Below are positions 19,675 to 30,697 of a stretch of 64,000 bases of DNA, in pieces; position 1 is the first letter of the stretch; every line of letters begins with the position of its first letter. This DNA is from an uncultured Paracoccus sp. GTDB lineage: Bacteria > Pseudomonadota > Alphaproteobacteria > Rhodobacterales > Rhodobacteraceae. The notes beneath the pieces were generated by a model. That model had not been told where the DNA came from. It saw only the letters and a list, made by a program, of their open reading frames with translations, and did not search any database. Made by a program: the position numbers and the translations under genes. The DNA lies in the NCBI RefSeq assembly GCF_937873615.1, contig NZ_CALMYP010000065.1, positions 97,542 through 161,541 of the forward strand, written 5' to 3'.

Positions 19675-20948
19675 GCCTTCTTCTCATCGCCATCTTCGCC
19701 CTGCTGCTGGCACTGGGCGCGCCGGTCGCGGTCTGCCTCGGGTTGTCCTCGGCGGTCGTGATCGTGACCCAGGGCCTGCCGGTCTCGGTGCTGGCGCAGC
19801 GCAGCCTGAACGCGCTCGACAGTTCGCCCCTGCTGGCGGTGCCGCTGTTCATCTTCGCCGCCAGCCTGCTGAACGCGACCGGCGTCACCACCCATATGTT
19901 CGACCTCGTGCGGATGATCTTCGGGCGCATCCGGGGCGCGGTGGCGCAGGTCAGCATCTTCGTCTCGCTGATCTTTTCCGGCGTTTCCGGCGCGGCGCTT
20001 GCCGATATCGGCGCGCTCGGCAAGATCCAGGTGGACGAGATGACGCGGCAGGGCTATCGCAAGGATTTCGCCGCCGGGCTGACGGTCGCGGCGGCCACCA
20101 TCGGGCCGATCTTCCCGCCCTCGATCCCGATCATCATCTATGCCTCGGTCGCCAATGTCTCGGCGGTGAAGCTGCTGATCGCGGGGATCGTGCCGGCGCT
20201 TCTGCTGACTGCCTTCCTGATGATCCAGGTGGCCGTCATCGCCCGGCTGAAATCGCTGCCGCGCGATGACATCCGCCCCGCCGCCGGCGACGTGCTGCGG
20301 AAATTCGTCTTCTCGGTCCCGGCGCTGTTCGCCCCGGTCCTGCTGATCGGCGGTCTGCTGAGCGGCTATTTCGGCCCGACCGAGGTCGCCGGCGTCACCG
20401 TGGCCTATGCGCTGCTGATCGGCATCTTCGTCTATCGCAGCCTCGGCCTGCGCAAGATCCTGGGCGCACTGCGCGAGACCACGGAAGCGACCGCGAATAT
20501 CCTGTTCGTCGTCTCCACCGCCGCCTTGTTCGCCTGGGTGCTGACGCTGGACCAGGTGCCGATGAAGGTCTCGGCGCTGATGCTGGGCGTGTCGGAAAAC
20601 CCGCTGGTGCTGCTTCTGCTGGTCAATCTCCTGCTGCTGGTCGTCGGCATGGTGCTGGAAAGCATCGCCGCGATCCTGATCATCGCCCCCATCGTCGCGC
20701 CGGCCCTGACCGCCGCCGGGGTCGATCCGCTGCAGCTTGGCATCGTTTTCGTGCTGAACCTGATGATCGGGTTGCTGACGCCGCCCGTGGGGATGAGCCT
20801 CTACATGATCTCGATCGTCGCCCGGATGCCGATCGGGCGGGTGATCGCGGGGGTCATGCCCTTCTTCATCCCGCTGCTTCTGTCCCTGCTGGTCGTGACG
20901 CTGGTGCCCCAGCTGTCGACCTGGCTTCCCGAAACCCTGATGAAGTGA
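19671..20948 (+). CDS. TRAP large permease (DctM)
   Basis: AVPLFIFAA, SGSALAD-like SGAALADIG, TIGPIFPPSIP, LLTPPVG. ATG 19671 overlaps the dctQ stop. Confidence 0.92.
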   Translation: MSLLLIAIFALLLALGAPVAVCLGLSSAVVIVTQGLPVSVLAQRSLNALDSSPLLAVPLFIFAASLLNATGVTTHMFDLVRMIFGRIRGAVAQVSIFVSLIFSGVSGAALADIGALGKIQVDEMTRQGYRKDFAAGLTVAAATIGPIFPPSIPIIIYASVANVSAVKLLIAGIVPALLLTAFLMIQVAVIARLKSLPRDDIRPAAGDVLRKFVFSVPALFAPVLLIGGLLSGYFGPTEVAGVTVAYALLIGIFVYRSLGLRKILGALRETTEATANILFVVSTAALFAWVLTLDQVPMKVSALMLGVSENPLVLLLLVNLLLLVVGMVLESIAAILIIAPIVAPALTAAGVDPLQLGIVFVLNLMIGLLTPPVGMSLYMISIVARMPIGRVIAGVMPFFIPLLLSLLVVTLVPQLSTWLPETLMK

Positions 20949-20958
20949 GGCGCGCGAG

Positions 20959-21498
20959 ATGAGCACCTTCCTTGGCCCGATCCGCCAGCTTGGCTATGTC
21001 GTCGACGATATCGAGGCGGGCATGAACTACTGGTCCGAAACCATGGGCGTCGGCCCCTGGTTCTACAATCCCGCCGTGCCGATCCGGGATTATACCTTTG
21101 ACGGTCAGCGTTACGACGTGACCAATTCCGTCGCGCTCGCCAATTCCGGCGAGATGCAGGTGGAACTGATCCAGACCCGCAGCGACACGCCCTCGATGTA
21201 TCGCGACTTCAAGGAACGGGGCCTGCGCGGCTTGCAGCATGTCGCCTTCTGGACCCGCGATTACGACCGCGACCTGAAGATGATGCTGGATCGCGGCTTC
21301 ACCCCGAAGATGAGCGGTTACGTCGGCAAGAACGGCCGCTTCGTCTATTTCGCCGAGGAACATCACCCCGGCACCTGTATCGAACTGTCCGAGGTCATGG
21401 GTCCGAAAGGCCGCATGTTCGACCTGATCCGCGATGCCGCGAAGAACTGGAATGGCAGCGACCCGGTGCGGCCTTTCCCCGACCTGTCGGGCGACTGA
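20959..21498 (+). CDS. VOC (glyoxalase/methylmalonyl-CoA epimerase-like) family protein
   Basis: IRQLGYVVDDIE, QVELIQ, GLQHVAFW, CIELSE: VOC metal-ligand pattern. Confidence 0.8.
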   Translation: MSTFLGPIRQLGYVVDDIEAGMNYWSETMGVGPWFYNPAVPIRDYTFDGQRYDVTNSVALANSGEMQVELIQTRSDTPSMYRDFKERGLRGLQHVAFWTRDYDRDLKMMLDRGFTPKMSGYVGKNGRFVYFAEEHHPGTCIELSEVMGPKGRMFDLIRDAAKNWNGSDPVRPFPDLSGD

Positions 21499-21499
21499 G

Positions 21500-22765
21500 A
21501 TGGGCCGCATCGTCGCCGAATACCGGCTGGAAACCCCCGCCGACCCAGGCGAAGTCGCCGCCATGATGGCGGGCGAGCAATCCAGCGGCACCTTCATCCG
21601 CGTCGCCGGCGAGACCGACGAATTGCGTGCCCGCGCCGCGGCCGAGGTGCTCTCGGTCGCGGAACTGCCGCCAGTGGCGCAGCCTTCGCTGCATTCCGCC
21701 TATCTGGACCGCAAGGGGATCTCTGGCCCCTACCGGCGCGCGCGGGTCCGCATCGCCTTTCCGCCGGACAATATCGGGAAGAACCTGCCGACCCTGGCCG
21801 CGACCGTGTCCGGCAATCTCTACGATATCGGCGAGATCACCGGGCTGAAGCTGACCGGGCTTTCCATCCCCGCCGATTATCGCACAGGCTATCCCCTGCC
21901 CGTGCATGGCATCGAGGGCACGCGGGCGATAACCGGGGTCGTGAACCGGCCTGTCTTCGGCACCATCATCAAGCCCAATGTCGGCATGCGCCCCGCCGAG
22001 ATCGCCGCCCTTGTCGACCGGCTCTGCGCGGCGGGCGTCGATTTCATCAAGGATGACGAGGTCTGCGCCAATCCAGACATTGCGCCGCTGTCCGAACGCG
22101 TCCCCGCCGTCATGGCGGTGATCCGCAAATGGCAGCAGCGTTCGGGCCGGCAGGTGATGATGGCTTTCAACATCACCGACGAGGTCGATGCCATGCGCCG
22201 CCATGCCGATCTGGTCGCGGCCGAGGGCGGCTCCTGCGTCATGGCCAGCCTCAACTGGTGCGGGCTATCGGGAATGGAGAGCCTGCGCGCGCATACGCCG
22301 CTGGCCATTCACGCGCATCGGAACGGCTTCGGCGCGATGTCGCGCCACCCCGCGCTCGGCATGGGTTTCCAGCCCTATCACGCGCTTTACCGGCTGGCGG
22401 GGATCGACCACATGCATGTCCATGGCATCGGCGGCAAGTTCGTCGACACGGCGGAAGAAGTGACTGAGGCCACCCGCGCCTGCCTGTCGCCGCTGTCCGA
22501 AGGCGGCCCCGACGACCGGGTGATGCCGGCCTTTTCCTCGGGCCAATGGGCCGGGACGCTGCCAGCGACGCTGGAAGCCGCGCAGGGGCCGGAACTGATG
22601 TTCATGTGCGGCGGTGGCATCCTCGCCCATCCCGAGGGGCCGGAGGCCGGCGTCGCCTCGCTGCGCGAGGCCTATGACACGTTGCGCGATGGCGACACGC
22701 TGGAAGACGGCGCCAGGACGCGGCCGAACCTTGCCGCAGCACTCCGCTTCTTCGGCGGGCGCTGA
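21500..22765 (+). CDS. RuBisCO-like protein (form IV), 3-oxo-isoapionate-4-phosphate transcarboxylase/hydrolase (OiaX)-like
   Basis: AGEQSSGTF, GTIIKPNVG (RuBisCO Lys177 position is Asn), DFIKDDE carbamate motif, HAHRNG, SSGQWAG, GGGILAHP.G. Confidence 0.85.
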   Translation: MGRIVAEYRLETPADPGEVAAMMAGEQSSGTFIRVAGETDELRARAAAEVLSVAELPPVAQPSLHSAYLDRKGISGPYRRARVRIAFPPDNIGKNLPTLAATVSGNLYDIGEITGLKLTGLSIPADYRTGYPLPVHGIEGTRAITGVVNRPVFGTIIKPNVGMRPAEIAALVDRLCAAGVDFIKDDEVCANPDIAPLSERVPAVMAVIRKWQQRSGRQVMMAFNITDEVDAMRRHADLVAAEGGSCVMASLNWCGLSGMESLRAHTPLAIHAHRNGFGAMSRHPALGMGFQPYHALYRLAGIDHMHVHGIGGKFVDTAEEVTEATRACLSPLSEGGPDDRVMPAFSSGQWAGTLPATLEAAQGPELMFMCGGGILAHPEGPEAGVASLREAYDTLRDGDTLEDGARTRPNLAAALRFFGGR

Positions 22766-23994
22766 TGGCGGCGCGGGTCGTCTTTCTGGGCGACGATTTC
22801 ACCGGCGCATCGGACAGTCTGGCCCGCTATGCCCAGGCCGGATGGCGCAGTCGCCTGCTGATCGAAACGGGGCACGCAGCCGATGATCTCGACGCGCTCG
22901 GCATCGCCACCGACCTGCGCTCTCGTCCGCCGGAGGAGGTAGGGGCCGAAATCGCCCGGCTCTGGCCGCTGATCGCCGCGCAGGACCCGCAGATCGTCCA
23001 TCTGAAGATCTGCTCGACCTTCGATTCCTCGCCCCGGATCGGCTCCATCGGGGCCATGGTCGCGGCGCTTCGCCAGCACTTCCAGCCCGAGGTTACCGCC
23101 ATTATCGGCGGCCAGCCGAGCCTTGGCCGATACCTCGCTTTCGGGCATCTTTTCGCGCGCGGCCCGGACGGGGAAATCCACCGCATCGACCGCCACCCGG
23201 TCATGGCCCGTCACCCGGTCACGCCGATGCGGGAAGCCGACATGCGCCTGCATCTGGCCGCGCAGGGCCTGCAATCGCTGGACCTTGTCACGACAGACAT
23301 GCTTGCCGATGCCGATGCGGTTGCCGTGCGGCTGCGGGCGGGGGCGGTCGTCTTCGACATCCTTCGCCAGCAGGACCTTGAACGGGTCGCCGAGGCGCTT
23401 CGCCGTGCAGGCGGGCGGCAATTGCTGGTCGGTGCAAGCTCGGTCGCGGAGATGCTGACCGGGGCCGGTCATCAGCAGAGGGCAGCCGCCGAAACGCCGG
23501 TGCCGCGGCATGGTGGCGTGCTGATCTTCGCCGGCAGCCGGTCGCCCCTGACCGGGGTGCAGGTGGCGGGTTTCCGGGATGGGCCGGTGATGCGGGCGGG
23601 GCCCGCAGACCTGGCCTCGGAGAGCTTCGCCGAGGGCTGTGCAGGGCAGTTGCGCAAGGGCCGGCCGGTGCTGGTGGCGCTGGATCCTGAGGCCGATTAC
23701 GCCATGTCGCCCGACGCTCTGGCGGATCGCTCGGTCGCGCTTCTGGCACGCATTCTTGCGCAGGTTTCGCTGGGTTATCTGGGCATTGCCGGTGGCGATA
23801 CCTCCAGCCGTATCTGCGCCGGATTGGGCTTTCATGCGCTGGAGTTCGACCACCAGATTTCGCCGGGAGTCAGTGTCTGTATCGGGCGCCATAGAGACCC
23901 GGGACGGGACCGGATGCGGCTGATGCTGAAGGGTGGGCAGATGGGCGATCCGGCACTTTTCGGGCGCTTCGTGGACTGGGCCGGAAGGCGCTGA
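22765..23994 (+). CDS. Four-carbon acid sugar kinase family (DUF1537), OiaK-like
   Basis: GDDFTGASD, LKICSTFDS, GS.S..T, AGGDTSS, LKGGQMG. Confidence 0.87.
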   Translation: MAARVVFLGDDFTGASDSLARYAQAGWRSRLLIETGHAADDLDALGIATDLRSRPPEEVGAEIARLWPLIAAQDPQIVHLKICSTFDSSPRIGSIGAMVAALRQHFQPEVTAIIGGQPSLGRYLAFGHLFARGPDGEIHRIDRHPVMARHPVTPMREADMRLHLAAQGLQSLDLVTTDMLADADAVAVRLRAGAVVFDILRQQDLERVAEALRRAGGRQLLVGASSVAEMLTGAGHQQRAAAETPVPRHGGVLIFAGSRSPLTGVQVAGFRDGPVMRAGPADLASESFAEGCAGQLRKGRPVLVALDPEADYAMSPDALADRSVALLARILAQVSLGYLGIAGGDTSSRICAGLGFHALEFDHQISPGVSVCIGRHRDPGRDRMRLMLKGGQMGDPALFGRFVDWAGRR

Positions 23995-24097
23995 AACCGC
24001 GTCCATATTGCGTGCATACCCCCGTACATACCGCGTCGATATTCCGTCGATACGGTTTTGCAGCCCTGCGGGAGGACGCGACAGACAGCGAGGGGCG

Positions 24098-25528
24098 TCA
24101 GGCGGCCTTTTCGGTCAGCCGTTCCGGCAGCGCATTGGCCCATGTGGAAATCGTGCCGGCGCCGAGGCAGACGACCATGTCGCCGGGGCGGGCCTGTTCG
24201 CGGACCAGCCGGGCGAGATCGGCCTCGTCCACCACGGCGCGGGCGTGGCGGTGGCCGTGGGCGATCAGCCCGGCGACCAGATCGTCGCGCGAGGCGCCGG
24301 GGATCGGGTCTTCGCCGGCGGCATAGACTTCGGCGATGCCGACCACATCGGCCTCGTTGAAGCAGGTGCAGAAATCGTCGAAGAGGCTGGAGAGCCGCGA
24401 ATAGCGATGCGGCTGGTGGACGGCGATGACGCGACCCTTGGTGGCCTGACGCGCGGCTTTCAGCACGGCGGCGATTTCGACCGGGTGGTGACCGTAATCG
24501 TCGATGATGGTGACCCCGTTCACCTCGCCCACGCGGGTGAAGCGGCGCCCCACCCCGCCGAATTTCGCCAGCGCCTCGCGGATCTCGCCGCGTTTCATGC
24601 CGAGGTGGCGGGCTACGGCGACGGCGGCAAGCGCGTTCGAGACGTTGTGATCGCCCGGCATCGGTAGGGTGCAGCCCTCGATCACCGGGATCTCGCCGCT
24701 TTCGTCCAGATCGGCCTCGCCCTGAAGGGCGATGTCGAAATGCGCGATGCCGTTTTCATAGGTCAGGTTCATGGCCCGCACATCGGCCTGGGCGTTGAAG
24801 CCGAAGGTGACGACGCGGCGGTCGGAGAGTTTGCCGACAAGCGCCTGCACCTCGGGGTGGTCGGTGCAGCAGACGGCGAGGCCGTAGAAGGGCACCGAGG
24901 AGGCGAAGTTGTAGAAGCCTTCGCGCAATCTGTCGAAATCGCCCCAGTGCTCCATATGCTCGGGGTCGATATTGGTGATGATGGCGATGGTCGCGGGCAG
25001 GCGGTTGAAGCTGCCGTCGCTTTCGTCGGCCTCGACCACCATCCATTCGCCGGCGCCGGCGCGGGCGTTCGAGCCGTAGGCGTGGATGACGCCGCCATTG
25101 ATGACGGTCGGGTCGAAATTGCCGGCATCGAGCAGGGTCGCGACCATGGTCGTGGTCGTGGTCTTGCCATGGGTGCCGCCGATGGCGATGTTGGATTTAA
25201 GGCGCATGAGTTCGGCCAGCATCTCAGCCCGGCGGACGATGGGCAGGCCACGGCGGCGGGCCTCCTCAAGCTCGGGATTGCCCTTCTTGATCGCGGTCGA
25301 GATCACCACCACGCCGGCATCGCCGATATTTTCCGCCCGCTGGCCTTCGAAGATCCGCGCGCCGAGCTTTTCCAGCCGGTCGGTGATCTTGGATTTCTTC
25401 GCGTCCGAGCCCTGCACGTCATAGCCGAGCGTCATCAGCACCTCGGCAATGCCCGACATGCCGATGCCGCCGATGCCGATGAAATGGATCGGGCCAAGCT
25501 CTCCGGGCAGTTTGGTGGCGGCGTTCAT
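24098..25528 (-). CDS. murC: UDP-N-acetylmuramate--L-alanine ligase
   Basis: [44 protein letters not shown]. Confidence 0.97.
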   Translation of the reverse strand: MNAATKLPGELGPIHFIGIGGIGMSGIAEVLMTLGYDVQGSDAKKSKITDRLEKLGARIFEGQRAENIGDAGVVVISTAIKKGNPELEEARRRGLPIVRRAEMLAELMRLKSNIAIGGTHGKTTTTTMVATLLDAGNFDPTVINGGVIHAYGSNARAGAGEWMVVEADESDGSFNRLPATIAIITNIDPEHMEHWGDFDRLREGFYNFASSVPFYGLAVCCTDHPEVQALVGKLSDRRVVTFGFNAQADVRAMNLTYENGIAHFDIALQGEADLDESGEIPVIEGCTLPMPGDHNVSNALAAVAVARHLGMKRGEIREALAKFGGVGRRFTRVGEVNGVTIIDDYGHHPVEIAAVLKAARQATKGRVIAVHQPHRYSRLSSLFDDFCTCFNEADVVGIAEVYAAGEDPIPGASRDDLVAGLIAHGHRHARAVVDEADLARLVREQARPGDMVVCLGAGTISTWANALPERLTEKAA

Positions 25529-26607
25529 GCGGCGATCTCCGTGACGATTTCGTAAAGCCGCGCGGCGGCGTCGGGGCGGCCCAGTTCCCGGGCGGCCTCG
25601 GCCATGCCGGAGGCGCGCTCTGGGTCGGTCAGAATGGCGAGGATGTCGCGCGCGAGCGTGTCGGGGTCAAGTATACTTTCAGGCAGGACCATGGCGGCGC
25701 CGGCATCGGCAAGGGACCGCGCATTGGCGCTCTGGTGATCGCCCGAGGCGGCGGCATAGGGGATCAGGATCGCGGGCCGGCCGATTGCGGTGATGTCGGC
25801 GACGGAGGACGCCCCGGCGCGGCTGACGACCAGATGGCAATCGGCGAGGCGTTGCGGCACGTCCGAGAAGAAGGGCTGCACTTCTGCGGTGACGCCGGCA
25901 GCCGCATAGGCGCCGGTCACGCGGTCATGATCCTCGGCCCGGGCCTGATGGGCGACGTTGAGGCGGGCGCGGGTGTCTTCGGGCAGCGCGGCGATGGCGG
26001 CGGGCACCATGTCCGAGAGGACCCGCGCCCCCTGACTGCCGCCGATCACCAGCAGGTTCAGGGAACCGTCGCCGGGCGCGGCATAGGGGCTGGCGGCGCG
26101 GTCGAGCACGGCCTTGCGCACGGGATTGCCGGTATGGATGCCCGAGACGCCTTGCGGCAGGGTGGTGGGCCAGATGCCGCAGGCGACGCGGTCGACGCGG
26201 GGGGCGAAAAGCGCGTTCACCCGGCCCATGACGCCGTTCTGTTCGTGGATCATGCGCGGGATGCGGCCAAGACGCGCCGCCGACATGGCCGGGATGGTCG
26301 GATAGCCGCCGAAGCCCACGACCACATCGGGCCGGTCCTTGGCGAAGGCGCGCCGCGCCGCCAGCACTCCGGCGGCGATCTTGAAGGGCGCGCTGAGCTT
26401 GCCCATCAGTCCGCCGCGTGCGGTGGTGGCCGATGGCACGACCTCGCGGATCACATCCACAGGGAAAGCGCCGGCATAGCGGGCGCCGCGATCGTCGGTG
26501 GAAAGCTTCACCCGCCAGCCATGGGCCAGGAGCACCTCGGCCAGGGCCTGGGCCGGGAACATGTGCCCGCCGGTGCCGCCGGCGGCGATCAGCGCATAGC
26601 CGGGCAT
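25525..26607 (-). CDS. murG: Undecaprenyl-PP-MurNAc-pentapeptide GlcNAc transferase
   Basis: [41 protein letters not shown]. Confidence 0.97.
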   Translation of the reverse strand: MPGYALIAAGGTGGHMFPAQALAEVLLAHGWRVKLSTDDRGARYAGAFPVDVIREVVPSATTARGGLMGKLSAPFKIAAGVLAARRAFAKDRPDVVVGFGGYPTIPAMSAARLGRIPRMIHEQNGVMGRVNALFAPRVDRVACGIWPTTLPQGVSGIHTGNPVRKAVLDRAASPYAAPGDGSLNLLVIGGSQGARVLSDMVPAAIAALPEDTRARLNVAHQARAEDHDRVTGAYAAAGVTAEVQPFFSDVPQRLADCHLVVSRAGASSVADITAIGRPAILIPYAAASGDHQSANARSLADAGAAMVLPESILDPDTLARDILAILTDPERASGMAEAARELGRPDAAARLYEIVTEIAA

Positions 26608-27770
26608 CAGTGCCGCCGCCCGAGCACGTCGGAAATCTCGCCCTGGGGACGGTTGCGGGTCAGGGCCAGCAGCATCCCCATGGCGATGCCCGAGGCGATC
26701 ACGGACGAGCCGCCATAGCTGACGAAAGGCAGGGTCATGCCCTTGGCCGGCAGAAGCCGCACCGCAACCCCCATATTGATCAGCGCCTGCACGCCGAAGG
26801 CACAGGCCAGCCCGGTGCCGGCGATGCGCGCGAAGGGGTCGCGTTCACGCAAGAGCCGCATCAGCGAGCGGAAGACGATGGTGGCGTAAAGCGCGATGAT
26901 GACGAGGACCAGGATCAGGCCGTATTCCTCGGCCGCGACGGCGATGATGAAATCGGTATGGGCATCGGGCAGCGACCATTTCACCGTGCCCTCGCCCACG
27001 CCGACGCCGAAGAAGCCGCCTTCCTGAATGGCGTTGGTGGCATAGCCGATCTGGGTGCGGGGGTCGATCTCGGCGGTCAGGAAGCCGTCGATGCGGCGGG
27101 CGAAATGCTCGGACGCGCCATAGGCGAAGACGCCGCCCATCACCGTCATCGCCGCGACCCCGCCCAGAAGCCAGAGCGGCGCACCGGCGACGAAGAACAT
27201 CACGCACCAGGAAAACAGCACCAGCGAGCCCTGTCCGAAATCGGGCTGCATGACCAGCATTCCGACCACGCCCATGGTGATGACGAAGCTGATCGACTTG
27301 CCGGGCGGGCCGCCGACCTCCTGGCTGGCGGCCATGCACCAGGCCATGGCAGCGACGAAACAGGGTTTCAGGAATTCCGAGGGCTGGACCGAGGCGAAGC
27401 CGAGGCTGAGCCAGCGCGTCGCCCCCTTGCCGAAATCGGTGCCGATCACCGGCAGAAGCGCCACCACCACGACCGAGACGACAAAGCCGATCACGCCGAT
27501 CCGGCGGATCTGCTGGGGGCCGAACATCGAGATGACCAGCATCGCCGCCAGCCCTACCCCGCCGAAGAAAGCCTGGCGGATGACGTAATAGAAGGGCGGC
27601 AGGTTGTTCTTTTCGGCCAGCGGCACCGAGGCGGCGAGGCCCAGAAGAAGCCCGATGGCAAAGAGGATGAGCACCGCGAACAGGGACCAGCGGTCCACCG
27701 TCCGCCACCATCTTGGAAGAATCGGATCGCCAACCCGCGCGGGAATCGCGCCGAATACCATCTCGGTCAT
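26607..27770 (-). CDS. ftsW: SEDS peptidoglycan polymerase FtsW
   Basis: [43 protein letters not shown]. Confidence 0.95.
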   Translation of the reverse strand: MTEMVFGAIPARVGDPILPRWWRTVDRWSLFAVLILFAIGLLLGLAASVPLAEKNNLPPFYYVIRQAFFGGVGLAAMLVISMFGPQQIRRIGVIGFVVSVVVVALLPVIGTDFGKGATRWLSLGFASVQPSEFLKPCFVAAMAWCMAASQEVGGPPGKSISFVITMGVVGMLVMQPDFGQGSLVLFSWCVMFFVAGAPLWLLGGVAAMTVMGGVFAYGASEHFARRIDGFLTAEIDPRTQIGYATNAIQEGGFFGVGVGEGTVKWSLPDAHTDFIIAVAAEEYGLILVLVIIALYATIVFRSLMRLLRERDPFARIAGTGLACAFGVQALINMGVAVRLLPAKGMTLPFVSYGGSSVIASGIAMGMLLALTRNRPQGEISDVLGRRH

Positions 27771-27977
27771 GAGAATACCGCCGTCACTGCCTCTGCCCGT
27801 TGCCCGGTTATCCGGGTCTGATGGGGCAGCATAGCGTGATTATCCGCATCGCGCTACAAGTGATTCGGTCCTGCCGGACCGCTGCGCGAAGCCCCGCCGG
27901 AAGGATCCCGTGCGCTTCGCGGTGGACCCGCCCGGCGCCTGCCGCTAACCTGCGCGCGTCCAGCCAGAGGCGCGCCC

Positions 27978-28175
27978 ATGTCCAACGATCCGCTCTATAT
28001 CCTGATCCTGCTGGCGATGCTGGCTGTGGTGGTCATCCTGATGATCGGAATCGGCGGCTTCGGCATCGGCGGCAAGTTCAACGCCAAGCATGGCAACCGG
28101 ATGATGCGTTGGCGGATCATCGCCCAGGCCATCGCCATCGCGCTGATCCTGCTGTTCATCGCGGTGCGCGGCTGA
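27978..28175 (+). CDS. Twin transmembrane helix small protein (HIG1-like)
   Basis: Two hydrophobic helices around N..GNRMMRWRI..Q; usual position upstream of pduO-etf. Confidence 0.8.
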   Translation: MSNDPLYILILLAMLAVVVILMIGIGGFGIGGKFNAKHGNRMMRWRIIAQAIAIALILLFIAVRG

Positions 28176-28756
28176 TGGTGGTCCTGAACCGCATCTATAC
28201 CCGCACCGGCGATGGCGGCGAGACCGCGCTTTCGGATGGCAGCCGGGTCGCCAAGACCGATCCAAGGGTCGAGGCCTATGGCACGGTCGATGAACTCAAC
28301 GCCGCGATGGGCCTGTGCCGGTTGCATGGCGGCGCGATGGCAGACCCGCTCGCGGTGATCCAGAACGAGCTGTTCGATCTGGGCGCGGACCTGTCGCGGC
28401 CCGACATGGCCGGCGATGCAAAGGCCCCCTATCCCGTCCTGCGCATCATCGACGAGCAGGTGACGCGGCTGGAGGCCGAGATCGACGCCATGAATGCGCG
28501 GCTGGCCCCCCTGCGCAGCTTCATCCTGCCCGGTGGCAGCCCGCTGGCCGCGCATCTGCACATGGCCCGCACCATCGCCCGCCGGGCCGAACGTCAGGCG
28601 GTCGCGCTTGCGGCGCTTGGCGACGCCAACCCTGCCGCCCTGCGCTATCTGAACCGGCTGTCGGACTGGCTTTTCGTCGCCGCAAGGGTTGCCAATCTGG
28701 ACGCGGGCGGCGACATTCTGTGGCAGCCGGGCGCCAGCCGGGGGGCGGAAAGCTGA
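28175..28756 (+). CDS. ATP:cob(I)alamin adenosyltransferase (PduO type)
   Basis: LNRIYTRTGDGGET, YGTVDELN, IQNELFDLG, FILPGG, RRAER, YLNRLSD; TGATG overlap with the upstream gene. Confidence 0.93.
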   Translation: MVVLNRIYTRTGDGGETALSDGSRVAKTDPRVEAYGTVDELNAAMGLCRLHGGAMADPLAVIQNELFDLGADLSRPDMAGDAKAPYPVLRIIDEQVTRLEAEIDAMNARLAPLRSFILPGGSPLAAHLHMARTIARRAERQAVALAALGDANPAALRYLNRLSDWLFVAARVANLDAGGDILWQPGASRGAES

Positions 28757-28861
28757 CCTGTCATCAACGCAGCGTCAAAGAATTTTTTTCTGTCGTCGCG
28801 GGACAGGCGCCGCTATCAATTGCAACGAATTGCTTGAGGTCAGGAAAGGGAGTGAGCACCG

Positions 28862-29620
28862 ATGAAGGTTCTCGTGCCGGTAAAACGGGTGATCGACTAT
28901 AACGTGAAGGCGAGGGTGAAATCCGACGGTTCCGGGGTCGATCTGGCCAATGTGAAGATGTCGATGAACCCCTTCGATGAGATCGCAGTGGAAGAAGCGA
29001 TCCGGCTGAAGGAAAAGGGCGCGGCCGAGGAGGTCGTGGTCGTTTCCATCGGCGTCAAGCAGGCTCAGGAAACCCTGCGCACGGCGCTGGCCATGGGCGC
29101 GGACCGGGCGATTCTGGTCGTGGCCGCCGATGATGTGCACACCGATATCGAGCCGCTGGCGGTCGCGAAGATCCTGAAAGCGGTGATCGACGCCGAACAG
29201 CCCAAGCTGGTCATTGCCGGCAAGCAGGCCATCGACAATGACATGAACGCGACGGGTCAGATGCTGGCCGCCCTGCTGGGCTGGCCGCAGGCGACCTTCG
29301 CGTCGAAAGTGGAAATCGAGGGCGAGGCCGCCAAGGTCACCCGCGAGGTCGATGGCGGTTTGCAGACCATCGAGGTCAAGCTGCCGGCCATCGTGACGGC
29401 GGACCTGCGCCTGAACGAGCCGCGCTATGCCAGCCTGCCCAACATCATGAAGGCGAAGAAGAAGCCGCTGGATGAAAAGACCGCCGCCGATTACGGCGTC
29501 GATGTCTCGCCCCGGCTGGAGATCGTCTCGACCCGGGAACCCGAGGGCCGCAAGGCCGGGATCAAGGTCGGCTCGGTCGATGAACTGGTCCAGAAACTCA
29601 AAGAAGCGGGGGTTGTGTAA
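28862..29620 (+). CDS. etfB: Electron transfer flavoprotein beta subunit
   Basis: [51 protein letters not shown]. Confidence 0.97.
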   Translation: MKVLVPVKRVIDYNVKARVKSDGSGVDLANVKMSMNPFDEIAVEEAIRLKEKGAAEEVVVVSIGVKQAQETLRTALAMGADRAILVVAADDVHTDIEPLAVAKILKAVIDAEQPKLVIAGKQAIDNDMNATGQMLAALLGWPQATFASKVEIEGEAAKVTREVDGGLQTIEVKLPAIVTADLRLNEPRYASLPNIMKAKKKPLDEKTAADYGVDVSPRLEIVSTREPEGRKAGIKVGSVDELVQKLKEAGVV

Positions 29621-30546
29621 TGGCTGTTCTGCTGCTTGCCGAAGTCACCAATGGCGAACTCAGCCGCGATGCCACCGCCAAGGCGGTGAACGCGGTCAAG
29701 GCTCTGGGCGATGTGACGGTGCTGGCCGCCGGGTCCTCCGCCAAGGCCGCCGGTGCCGAGGCCGCGAAGATCGACGGCGTGGCGAAAGTGCTGGTCGCCG
29801 AGGATGCGCTTTACGGCCACCGTCTGGCCGAGCCGACGGCGGCGCTGATCGCCTCGCTGGCGGGTGATTACGAGCATATCGTGGCGCCGGCGACGACCGA
29901 TGCCAAGAACATCATGCCGCGTGTGGCGGCTTTGCTGGATGTGATGGTGATCTCTGACGTGTCGGGCGTCGTCGATGCCGACACCTTCGAGCGCCCGGTC
30001 TATGCCGGCAATGCCATCCAGACGGTGAAATCGAAGGACGCGAAGAAGGTCATGACCATCCGCACCGCCAGCTTTGATGCGGCGGGCGAGGGTGGCGCGG
30101 CTGCCGTTGCCGATCAGGCCACGGGCGAGGATCCCGGCCTGTCGAAATGGGTTGCGGACGAGGTGGCGAAAAGCGACCGGCCGGAACTGACCTCGGCGGG
30201 CCGGGTGGTTTCGGGCGGGCGCGGTGTCGGTTCGGAGGAAAACTTCGCCATTATCGAGGCGCTTGCCGACAAGCTGGGTGCTGCGGTCGGGGCCTCGCGT
30301 GCCGCCGTCGATTCGGGCTTTGCGCCGAACGACTGGCAGGTCGGGCAGACCGGCAAGATCGTCGCACCCGAGCTTTATATCGCGGTCGGCATCTCGGGCG
30401 CGATCCAGCACCTTGCCGGGATGAAGGACAGTAAGGTCATCGTGGCGATCAACAAGGACGAGGAAGCCCCGATCTTCCAGGTCGCCGATTACGGGTTGGT
30501 GGGCGATCTGTTCCAGGTCGTCCCGGAACTGACCGAGAAGCTGTAA
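29620..30546 (+). CDS. etfA: Electron transfer flavoprotein alpha subunit
   Basis: [37 protein letters not shown]. Confidence 0.97.
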   Translation: MAVLLLAEVTNGELSRDATAKAVNAVKALGDVTVLAAGSSAKAAGAEAAKIDGVAKVLVAEDALYGHRLAEPTAALIASLAGDYEHIVAPATTDAKNIMPRVAALLDVMVISDVSGVVDADTFERPVYAGNAIQTVKSKDAKKVMTIRTASFDAAGEGGAAAVADQATGEDPGLSKWVADEVAKSDRPELTSAGRVVSGGRGVGSEENFAIIEALADKLGAAVGASRAAVDSGFAPNDWQVGQTGKIVAPELYIAVGISGAIQHLAGMKDSKVIVAINKDEEAPIFQVADYGLVGDLFQVVPELTEKL

Positions 30547-30569
30547 ACGGCGGGCCCGAACCAATCGTG

Positions 30570-30598
30570 AAGCCGCCCGGCCCCCCGGGCGGCTTTTT
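30570..30598 (+). terminator. Intrinsic terminator after etfA
   Basis: AAGCCGCCCGG-cccc-CCGGGCGGCTT followed by a T run. Confidence 0.85.
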
Positions 30599-30697
30599 CA
30601 TGCGCGGCGCATATGCCCCCTGCCCCGCGCATTCCGGCATTGATCCGCAGGGCTTGCCCGCCTATCGTCGCGCGGAAATCGAAAAGGGGCGATGATG

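Noticed and set aside
21500-22765. CO2-fixing RuBisCO
   Set aside because: KPNVG replaces the KPKLG motif, there is no small subunit or prk gene, and the context is sugar-acid catabolism. It is a form IV RLP.
28764-28778. Short palindrome (ACGC-A-GCGT core) upstream of etfB as an operator
   Set aside because: The arms are only 4 bp and no regulator can be assigned.
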